Source: Paragordius varius
Lineage: Eukaryota > Animalia > Nematomorpha
DNA: 64,000 nucleotides
Reading direction: 5' to 3'
NCBI GenBank assembly: GCA_964247055.1
Contig: OZ176050.1
Coordinates: 2,480,001 to 2,544,000, forward strand
The position numbers were made by a program, and so were the translations under genes. Shown in pieces: positions 1-10,976 of this stretch. The notes below the pieces were generated by a model. That model saw nothing but the letters and a program-made list of their open reading frames with translations. It was not told the origin of the DNA and did no database searches. Position 1 is the first letter of the stretch. Each line of letters begins with the position of its first letter.

Positions 1-440
1 TAATATTATTTTAATAATAATCCAAACACCAACTAATTGTGCTGTTTATGCGTCTTCAATAAAATACTATTACATAATATGGTTATTTCTTAATATATTT
101 TGTTCCAATTTTGTGTGTACAAAGATGAACACAACTATCAAGTGATTACGTATTTTTAACAAGACAATAGTATTATAGGGATGTATTGAGTTATAATTTA
201 TTCAAAAAATCATTTTTGTTCGTAAATTATAAAAAATTTTTTTATAGCTTTTTATTAGTTTTCATAACTCTACCATCTTCTAGAAATAAATCAGATATTG
301 ATTATTATAAAAAGTCACTTATAAAAAGCTCTGTTTAATAATGAAAATTGATTAAGATAGAGGCTATACGAAATTCTCTCTAAATTACATTCCAAATGTA
401 AACTTTTTTAGCAATTAATAAAGCAATATCAATAAATAAT

Positions 441-1195
441 TTATTTCTGTTTCCCAAACCATTCGTAATCATATGGGCTGAGCCAATTATAGCAGCCTTG
501 CATACGATTTTTAATACAAAATTCAAAAGTGTATGGGTTTAAATTTGTTTTTTCTTTTTGCGCTTGAATTTTCGACTCGCGTTCAAGCATTTTGTGGCAT
601 ATAGCTTGAGCTTTAAAAGGCATTCTTGCCGCAAGTTTAGATAACCATTCTTCCACTAACCCAAATTCTATTCGGCCTCCGATCTCTAAAATAATACGCC
701 CACTACGAACAGGTGTCACATAATGATGTATTGAAGCTTTCCCACCTCCCATTCTTACACCTTGCACGTTAGATTAAAGGGTACCTTGACTCTTTTTCGT
801 AACAGGTTTCCACGGAGGATCAATCCTCCAAACAGCAAAGAGCTTTTGTTCTTTTATCTTCTTATTTACGACATTTTTAATAAACTCAAAATTTTCATGT
901 CGGAGATTACCCCCGGTTAAAGCCCGTATTCCATATTGTTTATGGATTAAATAGTTTTGAACGAGTTCTGGTCCCCGTATATCAATATTTCTTCGCATCA
1001 TTTTGGGTACTTTTGTGCCGACAGGAGATTGAGGGACCTTCTCCACATTAGGGAGTTTTTCATTTTCGGGATATTCAACATCTTACAAAATTATAAATGA
1101 CATATAATACGGTCATATGTGGGCAAAGGATAAAAGTTTCTAAGATAAGCCTTGGAAATTAAATTTGGCCAATATGGTTTAAGCATGGTTAACAT
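441..1195 (-). CDS. MRPL16: Mitochondrial ribosomal protein L16 (uL16m), 3 exons, 233 aa, apparently intact
   Basis: Exons 1195-1111, 1081-785, 760-441 (702 nt, open). Introns 1110-1082 (29 nt, GTATTATATG...TTTTGTAAG) and 784-761 (24 nt, GTACCCTTTAATCTAACGTGCAAG). Spliced protein MLTMLKPYWPNLISKAYLRNFYPLPTYDHVEYPENEKLPNVEKVP...[44 protein letters not shown]...LSPYD. Removing intron 2 restores the uL16 K-x-x-G-x-RMGGGK motif with the expected spacing. Confidence 0.93.
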
Positions 1196-1227
1196 ATGCT
1201 TTTGCGCTAGTATTGATTTGCTGGAGG

Positions 1228-1577
1228 ATGTCGTCTAAAACAATTTTTGCCGTTTCTATTTTATCCCTATTTCATGCAGCATACTCGGCAATACAATGTA
1301 AATATTGGTTAAAATTATAGATAAAAATTATATGCGCGTTACAGAACAAAATATTTCCAGCCTACCCATAGATATTACTTTACAAGCTGTTTTAAGCCTT
1401 GTTGTATCAATATATGCGATTTCACTTTTCGTTGAAGATTACAGAGAAATAAGATTAATTCGGGATCTCCAAACAAAGTTTATATAATTTAATTATAGGC
1501 CCATTGAATCTTTTATGAATCGTCCATCCTTTTACACCTTTAGTCACAGATCACCATTAATAAATTCGAATTTATAA
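1228..1577 (+). CDS. MMGT1: Membrane magnesium transporter 1 / ER membrane complex subunit 5, 3 exons, 101 aa
   Basis: Exons 1228-1297, 1321-1477, 1499-1577 (306 nt, open). Introns 1298-1320 (23 nt) and 1478-1498 (21 nt), both GT-AG. Protein MSSKTIFAVSILSLFHAAYSAIQYKNYMRVTEQNISSLPIDITLQAVLSLVVSIYAISLFVEDYREIRLIRDLQTKPIESFMNRPSFYTFSHRSPLINSNL carries the HAAYSA, LP-x-DI and NRPSFY-x-F-x-HR family motifs. Confidence 0.9.
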
Positions 1578-1849
1578 TTACGTATATTTTTACAGGCTGC
1601 AGGCAGCCCGGGAAAGTCTTCCGCACTTCTTGAAGAGGAGAGGGGTGCGCTATTTTAAAAAAAGGGATTAATAAAATTGTGATCCATATATGTGTATTAT
1701 TTTGAACCATAATTTAATAATTATGATCTCATAGGATTTTCAAAACGGTAGTCATAGATTCAAATCTGCTCATTCATACTAATATATTGTTTACTGGTGT
1801 CAGGTTCCAAATCGACGGCTAACGGAACAAACCTTATACTATAATTTTT

Positions 1850-2860
1850 ACCTTTTTATGGGTATTATTTAAAGCTTTTAATGACATCTTATGGCTTCTT
1901 AAGTTTTTGAAAATTAGCTCCATAACCACGCCATTTTTGTATGGCGTCTCGTTTTAAACCGGTAGACCCCTACCCATAAACCTATATGGAAAAAGCGCTG
2001 AGTTAAATTCTTTGCCTTTCTAAGGCAATATTTGGAATTATATCTGATACCATAGTCTCATGGTTTATCCGAAAAAATCCCTCAACGCTAAATAATCGTT
2101 ATATGATGGCGTATTATTAGGGAATAAAGGCACTAAATTAACGGCTTATAAAAAAACGCCTGACCTTAATTTCTACCTAGTTACGGGTAATATATCAAGC
2201 TTTTAATGAGCTCATGTGCTTTATAAATTTTCTGTAAATCAGCTCCAAAACAACGCAATTTCTATATGGCGGCGCAGTTTTTGGCGGGTAGCTCCTTACT
2301 CAGGGGCAGGTATAAAAAAAGCATTGGTTAAATTTTTTGCCTTTATATGGGGAATATCTGGAATTATCATCGATCCCATAAGTTCTTGGAATTGCTTCAA
2401 CACTAAAAAATTGTTCTATGGCGGCGCAGTTTTAGACGGGTAGCTTCTTACCCAGACGCTGATACGAAAAAAGCGCTTGATTAAAATTTTTGTATTGAGA
2501 ATACCTGGAATCATGAGTGATTCCATATGATCTCATTAGTTTTTAGAAAAATTGCCTCAAAATTAAAAAATCATATTATGATGGCGCATAAGCGTGAAGG
2601 GCCTAACTAACGGCTAATTTTATAAAACCTGACGACCTAAATTTATGCCTTGTTACGGGTAATATTTTGAGTACCTATTGAACTCATATAGCCTGATAGG
2701 TTTTCTAAAATTTAGCTCCAAATGCACGCTATTTTGATATGACGGGGCAGTTTTTAGCGAGTATCTCCTTACCCAGCAGCCAATATAAAAAAACGCTCGA
2801 CTAATATTTCTGCCTACAGAAAATGCCTGAAATCCTTTTTTAATTTTTTCGGTCTCATAC
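1850..2860. repeat. Diverged tandem repeat (2-3 units of several hundred bp plus a partial unit), probably internal to a non-autonomous element
   Basis: Recurring blocks TTACGGGTAATAT (~2181, ~2652), AGCTCCAAA...ATATGGCGGCGCAGTTTT...GGGTAGCT-CTTAC (~2240-2300, ~2415-2450, ~2715-2775, and a diverged block ~1915-1980). Absent from the duplicated right arm. Confidence 0.55.
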
Positions 2861-2989
2861 CTGGGCGAAAAATAGATTCAAATAATTATTTTTGTGGACT
2901 TTGTTTTTTGAAAAAAATGGCATTTTACGGGGGGAGCGGAGGAAAAGAGAGCCTAAATTAAATAAGCGAGCCGACTATTTTCGGCGCAA

Positions 2990-3375
2990 TCTAATATGAG
3001 TAAAAAATTATATTTGAATACAATAGGACACTGTTCAGATTCCTTAGAGCGCCGATAGTATTTCAATGCGCCTGGACAGTTTAAAAGAAATGGTCTAGGT
3101 TGGCATGAGGCAGATATCAAATGAAACACGTCGACACACATAACATAGGATGTTATCTTTCAAAGTGAGATTCGTCGACACACACACGACACTGGTCACT
3201 CAAACAATAGTAATGATAGTGATCCCGACAATAACATTAATATTAATGGTAACATTATTGATAATAATAATAATAGCAATAATGACAATATCAATGAAAA
3301 TCCGCACGAGCGTCGTTACCCCGAGAGAATTCGTCGGAAGCCGGTCCGGTTCTCTTAAGGGGGAAGTGATATGCA
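2990..3375 (+). mobile_element. Ty3/Gypsy-like LTR retrotransposon pol 3-prime fragment (integrase tail, PPT, LTR start)
   Basis: Degenerate frame W-HEADIK*NTSTHIT*DVIFQSEIRRHTHD, then an Asn-rich linker and RRYPERIRRKPVRFS*. This is followed by a polypurine tract AAGGGGGAAG (3357-3366) and TG at 3367, the typical Gypsy pol end. No intact LTR was traced. Confidence 0.5.
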
Positions 3376-4389
3376 AATCTGAAAGATATACTTTGTTTTT
3401 ATATCATAATTTTCTGTGTTACATGCAGTGAAAATGGTCTAACACGTTTTCGGGAAAATTGTATCAAAAACCCTTTTTTACACGGGGTGGGCCCCAACTG
3501 GGCGCCTAATTCAAAAAAGGACGAAACTATTGTCGGGGCATTCATTAATGATTAAATTTTTTTGACATTTGGATTCGAATCGGTCTACCGGTTTTCCGGA
3601 AACAGATCATAAAGCCAGCATTTTCCATTTTTATAAGGATGCATAGCTCCAAAAATGGTATATAGGCCTTATTGATTAAAGTACATTTACCGAAATTATT
3701 TTTTATCAAGCATTTGTGCGGCATAAAATCTATTGGAACAATGTTAAATATTTTTATAAATCAACCCGATTCATTCCATGCTAAAAATCATTTAAAGCGA
3801 TGATAAATACCTATAAAATTCTATAGTTTTTTTTATAATTAACTAAATTATTGGAATCAGGATCAGGGGTTAAACCACATCGATCTATCTTGGTAATTTC
3901 AATTGCTCATAACTCCCAATATCCTTTACAACAAAGCTTCCTTCTTGAAAAACTGATGTCTGCAGATTTTTAGGGAATGTACATTTCGCTTATTATTTTT
4001 ACAATTTATTATCGATTCTGGGGAAAATAATTTTGTAACCAAAAAAATATGGTCCTTGAAATGGTAAATAGTATCTTTAAATAGTTATTAAGTTTGTTTA
4101 TTCATATCTATATATGCGATTTATCTATCGGATATAATTTTAAACGTTTTTATATATATTTAAATTGGAAAATATTAAATTTCGCCAGGGTTATAAAATT
4201 GATAAATTATGTATTAAAACTGTTGCTTGCAAAAAAGACAAAACTTTGTTGATTAATACGACATAAACAATAATTTTTTGATTCTAATCTTTCGGTGAAA
4301 TTCGCCAATCTTCAATCCAATATTTAGTTATCATAATTATAGACACAAATATACTAACAGTTTATTAAATCAATTTGGAATGTAAAGTA

Positions 4390-7300
4390 TATATTCTTGG
4401 ATAATTTTAGGACTCCATATTCGGAGTTTTGTATCCACAAAGTAGTTTCCTCCATAAGTTACGATCTTTACATTGTTCTGTGGAAAGGCTACGTCGATTC
4501 AAGTCCATTTTTATATTATCATTATAAGAAAAGAGTGGTCGTCCCTTTCTTCTATTGCCATCAACATTAATGTTTTCAACAGTTTTTAACGGATGGGTGG
4601 CGTCTCTTTGAGTATGACCGTATAGACGCAATCTGTTAGTTTGAATTATATAATCAATTTTATCGTTTTTTTTAATGAAAATTGATATTTCTGGTGTACG
4701 AAAGCAGCTTTTGAGTATTTGGTTCTCACTGGTTAGGAGTTTTGTTTGATTTGTTTTGTTTAATGCCCAGGTTTCAGAACCATAGGTAAGAGCAGGTCTT
4801 ATTCCTACCTTGTAAAGATACCATTTATTACGATTGTTAACATTTTTGTTTTGGAAAACATATATTAACTGATTATATTTTATCCAGCCTTGTTGTATTC
4901 TTCTTTTGATAGCCTTTTGTGGGCTTTCCTGAGATGTAATGACATCTCCTAGGTATACGAAAGAGTCAACCAATTCGATGTCATGTCCATCAATGTTAAG
5001 TAGCTTTGGTCGATTAAAATTATTATTGCTTGGGTCTAAGCAATTTAAACATTTAAAATATATTACATTTGTTAACTTTTCTTTTATTTAATAGCACTTT
5101 TTGTGTACCCACATTTGACATGATATGCATTTAATGGAATTTGAACGTACTTCCTTACTGCAAATGAAACAGGGGTATCTGGGTGTTTCACTTTCACCCG
5201 TTATTATTATTTTTGTTTTTGTGGCGTTTATAATCATTCCATATTGTTCAAGGCATTTCTTCCACTTGGTATAGTTATTTACCATTTGATCCTATGATCG
5301 TGTCGTTATCACGAGGTCGTCGGCGCATAACATTTCCCAAGGGCATTCAGTTCTTATGTCTTGCGTTGCCGCATCCATTATAGTTATAAAAAGGAGTGGA
5401 CTTAGGACTGAACCATGATGTAGTCCAGCATTGGTTGGGAAATTGCTTGTATTGCCGATATTGGTTCTAACGTTGGTTGTTGTATTTTTATAGAGTAGGA
5501 TTAAGATTTGTATAGTATGTTCTTCTATTTTACGTAGTGCCCATTGAATTGTGGCGCGTGGTATTTGGTCAAACGCACGTTCCAGATCTACAAAGACATG
5601 GTATAGCTTTTGTTTCTTTTCCAGATATTTTTCCTGTAAGCGTCTTAGGATAAACAAGGGATCCATTGTGCTACTGTTTGAACGGAATGCAAACTGATTC
5701 GAATCTATGTTTATATGTTTTCTCAGCCTGTTTTCTAATATATTTTCGAATATTTTCAATGTGTGTTCCAGAAGTTTTAAAGGTCGGTAGGACGATGTTT
5801 TTAGTCGATCGCCTTTATTTTTATAAATAAGGATTATTATGCTGTTCTTCCAATCGCTGGGAGTTTGGTTTGTAATTATTATTTGGTTAAAGAGTTTTGT
5901 CAGATACTCTGCAGTGTTTTTGATGGGTCGAATGAGGTCGACTGAAAGGCTGCTTGGGCCTGGAGCTTTGTTACTTTTTAATTTATTGATTGCAGTTGTG
6001 ACTTCATCTATGGTGATTTCTTGTATGGGACCAGCTACTGGTGAAACCATGCTAAATTGTTTGGTCGGGTTTACTTGGTTGAGTTGTTTTTCTAAGTTCG
6101 TTTTCCAAATTTCTTTGACTTTCGAGGGATTCGTTATTATATTATCATTATCATCTTTAATACATTTTATTATTTTAACATCTTTATTACTATTGTTAAG
6201 GTTTTTGAGTCTTTTAAAAATCGTTTGGTTTTTAAAGTCTTTTTCTAAACTTTCAGCGATTTTAACGGATTTTTCATTCATAGCGTGTCGAATGGCCTTT
6301 TGGACCTCTCGTTTTTTATCTTCATAAACTTTTTTATCATCATTATTTTTGGAACTTTTCCATTTTTTATAAGCTTCGCCTTTTTCACGCAACAATGGTT
6401 TTATTTCATTTTTCCACCACCAGCTTCTCCGTTGCCTCATTGGTTTAGTAAAACCACAATGTTTTTTTGGCAGCTGTTAGAATTGTGCTTTTAAAATTTT
6501 TCCATAGAGTTTCAACATTGTTTCGTTCGGGTATATGTAACTCTGTGTTTTTGGTATAATCGGTTAATAATTTTGAATCCTTTAACTTTGCTATATTTAT
6601 TTTTTGATGTTGGAATGCGGTGCGGTCTTACGGATTATCTCAATGATTAGAAATGCTGTTATTAGCTTGTGTTGGTAAGAGGATTGATAGTAAGTTTTGA
6701 TGTTTGTTAGATGTTTCCTAATGTTTTTTGGAATTAATATGAAGTCTATCATAGGAATTATATGTTATATGCTGGTTGGTTTTTTTCTTAAAATGGGTAT
6801 TTGCGACTATGAGTTGATTTGCAATGCAGAAGTCTAGCAAACTCTCGCCCATCTTATCGAGGGCTCCAACGCCATTTCCACCATGCACGCCATGATATTC
6901 ATTACTATCCTTATTAATATGGCAATTAGAAGAAGTTTTGTTAATCAAATCATAGAGGGCTTCCCAATATTCGTTTTTTAATGTTTCGCTTAGACCAGAT
7001 TGTGGTGTGTAAGTTGAAACTATACCATTTACAGTTCAAAATCACCCTTGAACAATTCAAATTCACCCTTGAACAATTCAAATTCACTCTTGAACAATTC
7101 AAATTCACCCTCGAACAATTCAAATTCACCCTAAAAATAAATTATGTGTTTTCGAACTAATATAACTCATTATTAATATAAAATATATCTTTATGGCATA
7201 ATTAATTATTTTTTTCAGTATTATAATTTAAAACAAAATTTTATTTTTTTAAAACATATTAAAATATAGGTAATTTTTAATCTTAAAAAACACATAATTT

Positions 7301-7950
7301 ATTTTAGGGTGAATTTTAATTGTTCGAGGGTGAATTTGAATTGTTCAAGGGTATATTTGAATTGTTTAAGGGTGAATTTGAGTATATATTTATTACATTA
7401 TTACTCATCAATATTTTTATTTGAATCATTCTTGGATTATGTCTTATTACATCAATTATGTTATCACGATAGATGTTTTTAATGAAAATCGCAACACCAC
7501 CTTGTCCCTTGACATTTCCTTTATAGAATAATGTATAATCGTCTAAGTTTTTCAATCCATCTCCTTTCAATCTGGCCTCTTGGATGCAACATATATCTAT
7601 ATTGTTATGGCTAAGAGTGTTTGTAACCATTAATATTTTGTTAACTAGGGTACCCACATTCCATGTGGCAAATTTCAGAACTGTTTTATTATTATTACTA
7701 ACGGTATTATTTATTTTCATAGTTATTTTGGTAATTTTTATTATTCAAAGTATATATCCAAAAATATAGTGTATAAAAGTGTAAATAGGAAATATTATCA
7801 AAATAATTATTATAAGTTGAATTATTATTGTTATTTGAGATGTTGATAAGGTTTTAGTGTTCTTTCATATTCATATTATTATTATACTTTATGGTTTATT
7901 GAGGCATTTTTTTACGTATCACATGCCCTTGTGTACAACTAATGATTTTA
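4390..7950 (-). mobile_element. RTE-clade LINE, near full length but frameshifted (APE endonuclease + RT)
   Basis: ORF 7316-7720 has LKFATWNVGTL...DICCIQEARL (APE). ORF 5292-6440 has KAPGP, YRPLKLL, FVDLERAFD, GLHHGSVLSPLLF, LCADDL (RT). ORF 4407-4973 has FVYLG, LTYGSETW, RLRLYGH, RRKGRP (RTE C-terminus). A MITE interrupts it at 7023-7384. Confidence 0.87.
7023..7384. mobile_element. Foldback-like MITE with tandem 21-bp subterminal repeats (TTGAACAATTCAAATTCACCC)
   Basis: Starts TA|TACCATTT. About 4 copies of the 21-mer at left, inverted copies at 7305-7380, right terminus truncated. A second copy lies at 41703-42092 in the opposite orientation. Confidence 0.8.
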
Positions 7951-8186
7951 CAGATCATTAGAAAACTGGCCTTTGCCGTTAGCGCATTTTCATGCCCCAG
8001 CCAACACCACGGGAAGGTGGCAATAGGACTTTGTTATTCAATGTAATTAATTTCTGTAAACATATTTTACAGTTTGAAAAAATAAAAATGGTTAATTTTT
8101 TGACTCATCGTAAGAGTCTCAACACACCTCACAATCTAATAAGTTATGGGAGAAAGTTTTTTATTATTAATTTAATCAAGATGATC

Positions 8187-8189
<3 letters not shown>

Positions 8190-8227
<38 letters not shown>
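8190..8227. repeat. (TA)n microsatellite
   Basis: Perfect TA run. Other TA runs at about 20108-20135, 30640-30661 and 39575-39598. Confidence 0.95.
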
Positions 8228-8228
<1 letters not shown>

Positions 8229-9014
8229 CCCATAAATCATTTATTTGATTATAAAATTTATTATCTATAAACTAATATATTGCATTTTGGTCGGATTGGG
8301 CTAAAAATATAAATTTAAGAATTAAAATACAAATAATTATTGGAATGACCCATTGATATTTAAAAATCAATACAGATGCGATTTTCCTGAAAATATAAAA
8401 ATGATAAACTTGAATAACATATAAGGTGAACCATGAGCATATACAAGAATATAACGAATTTGTATTAAATCCTTGTTAGCAACTATAAAATAGGTGTCTG
8501 GTGTGTTTGTATTTTTGCCATCTATAATTAATTTTTATCGTAAAAAACTTTATTTCAAGTTTAATAATTGATTTTTTATAATAGACGATTGTGTAGTAAA
8601 AATCATTATATATATATTCAAATTCCTTTTAAATACCTAATACCTCAAACATTGAACATTCAAATTTACCTTAAATTATATGTCTCGTAATTGATGTTGG
8701 ATAGTTGACAAAATATTTCTTCTGTAATATTATTTCAACTTGTTAATTTTAAGCGAAATTCATATTATGCTACATAATTACCAAAGAGGCATTATCTGAG
8801 CCAAAAAACACATAATATTTTAGGGTTAATTTGACATGTTCATGGGTAAATCTAAGGTAAAGATATCCAATAAAGAAGGGGTATAAAAAATTAAAAAAGG
8901 TATAGCCCCTAACAATCCCACGTTAGGTTAAAATAAAATTCCTATCAAAATATGGTTGTTTTTTTATATAAATGCTCTTTTAACATTTTTTTGATATGCT
9001 TATATTTTCAAACC

Positions 9015-9752
9015 TTACTGAAGCTCTAAATAATTAGATATACATTTTATATCGCCAGTCTGATTATCATACAATTCACAAAATAAAACATAGGATATGT
9101 ATTTTCCCATCATACTGTGTTGCCATGATTTACCGGTTTTGCTAAAATTCAGGCAAACAGATAATTCCGAAGAAAAATAAATTCCGTCGCCAAAAGCACC
9201 TTGCTAACACATAAATATAAAATTTAAATACTCTGGAAAACTTAGGACATAAACCATTACATAGTATGGAATATAAGTTTTCCAGTGAGGAACCATGAAA
9301 TCCATAAAACTTATTGGATATGTTGGATATTTCACCATTAATTCGGAATATATAATTGGGTTTAGAAAATCTAGTATGCTGAGGACATAGTGATAGTATA
9401 TTTTGAAACACTTTACGATCACAATAAATAATATTTTTTTGTAACGGTTGACATATATCTTGGATTAACTTATTATGCGATGTATTTACAGAAGTAAGAG
9501 ATGCAAAATCCTTTTCCTACAAAATAAAAATTTTCCATACTAGTTTTGCATAATTTCTTAAACCATCACATATATAATCGTTTGGAAATGGATTCAAAAC
9601 ACTATCTTTACGATAGCTATGAAGGGCTGACGAAAACGCCGAAACGATTAAATCTGCCGATGCCTTAGCAATTGGTCCATGCATAAAATCTTAGCATTCA
9701 TTAATACAGATTTACTGCATACTGCCGTACCTTTTTTTAATATTAAATCCAT
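9015..9752 (-). CDS. PARP16: PARP16-like mono-ADP-ribosyltransferase; 3-prime end unresolved and possibly damaged
   Basis: Spliced frame MDLILKKDFMHGPIAKASADLIVSAFSSALHSYRKDSVLNPFPNDY...KPNYIFRI...FYGFHGSSLENLYSILCNGL...GAFGDGIYFSSELSVCLNFS...WQHSMMGKYISYVLFCEL matches the PARP16 N-terminal SY-x-x-DSVL-x-PFP and catalytic FHGS-x-LEN-x-x-SI-x-x-NGL motifs. Introns 9730-9690 (41 nt), 9540-9517 (24 nt), 9231-9204 (28 nt). The unspliced frame stops at 9015; the C-terminal segment could not be joined in frame in this copy. Confidence 0.78.
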
Positions 9753-10976
9753 GTATCCAAAAAGGCTGTGACATGCTTGCTTCTTACCGCCACTGTCAAG
9801 AGAGGACGACTCTTACCGCCTTCCTACGCTCGCCTCAGTGCAGGGGGATGTAATCATTCTTCAGAGCTTCTAACAAATATATGTAATGAAACGTATAATA
9901 CTGAGGACATGCATGATAAGCAAAAATGTATAAATCGATTTACATAAGGCGACTAAACTAAGTGCCAAATAATTTAGGGATTATATATTTACATCTATAC
10001 ATTACCGCAAATACTATGAAAATAAATTAATTTTGATGAATATTATTAACAGGGATTTCAATAATATCGTTAAAATTATATTAAACAGTGTAGGCAAAGA
10101 TATTTGGTTGTTTTTGTTTTATAGCACTGTGACAAAATTAGGGGAAAATATTCCGTATATTATCATGATAAAATTTATCAAAAATATCATAATGTTTGAT
10201 TTGTGCCACATGAGAGTTATAAATTATTACCGTTTTTGTTGTAATTGCTCAAAATTTGCAAAATATTTTTATGTGTCAATTCAAAAATATCACACATAAA
10301 CTTGATAAAAAATATATATTTTGATAGGAAAATGTATCAGGACTATCTTGGTGCTTTAGACCTCACGACTGAAAAAAAGTTATTTACATTTTGTGGCAAT
10401 GGCTCATTATCAGAAAATGGCAAAATTTGCGAACATTTTTTAAAATAAGTTTTTTTGGTGAAAGCTAAAGGATTCATTCCAAAAAATATTATTATATATA
10501 TCATAAAATACATATAAAAAGCAAAACAATTTTGAAAAAAATAATTTTTAAACGTCGACTCCGAAAGTACCAAAAATTTTTGCTCTTATAATAAGGGCTA
10601 GTTCTCTTAAACACGAAATGCCGAAATTGTGTGATAAAAATTTATATTTTTTTTTCAAAATTTAATTTTTATAAATATTTTGTTGAAACCTACTTCATAC
10701 TATTTGAAATGATAGAAACGGTATAAAAACGCGTTTAGATATTATAAAAACACTTTTTATACATATTTTGATGATTAAACATTTCTATCATTTCAGAATT
10801 TGGATTAAAACATTTATTCGTCTTCAAGATTATGCAATCAAATTTAATTTTTTTTACAAAAATTTACCAAAATATAAAGCAAACGAAGCTTTGAATTTAA
10901 ATTCTGATATAATAGAAGTTTTTGGCATGGAATTACATAAAAAATATGTTTTTATAATGTCTAAAAGCGTTATACC

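Noticed and set aside
761-784. In-frame TAA within MRPL16 read as stop-codon reassignment (ciliate-type code) or readthrough
   Set aside because: Removing the 24 nt as a GT-AG intron restores exact motif spacing. TAA terminates MRPL16, MMGT1, ADO and ADCY normally, and long ORFs contain no internal TAA/TAG.
3150-3431. 93-aa hydrophobic ORF (Ile/Met/Thr-rich) as a membrane protein
   Set aside because: Off-frame reading of the AAT-rich linker of the Gypsy-like pol tail.
5839-6494. Plus-strand ORFs of 162 aa and 69 aa with hydrophobic composition
   Set aside because: Antisense shadows of the Lys/Asn-rich RTE ORF. The same applies to 17033-17242, 17779-17985 and the short ORFs opposite ADCY exon 1.
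7023-7384. 21-bp repeats resembling a CRISPR array (also 40540-41133, 41703-42092)
   Set aside because: The repeats are contiguous with no unique spacers, occur inverted at both ends of small elements, and have no cas genes nearby. The context is eukaryotic.
9026-9043. Possible 18-nt intron GTATATCTAATTATTTAG in PARP16
   Set aside because: Splicing it creates a TAG stop at the junction. The 20-nt and 26-nt alternatives also hit a stop soon after, so it is not counted among the micro-introns.
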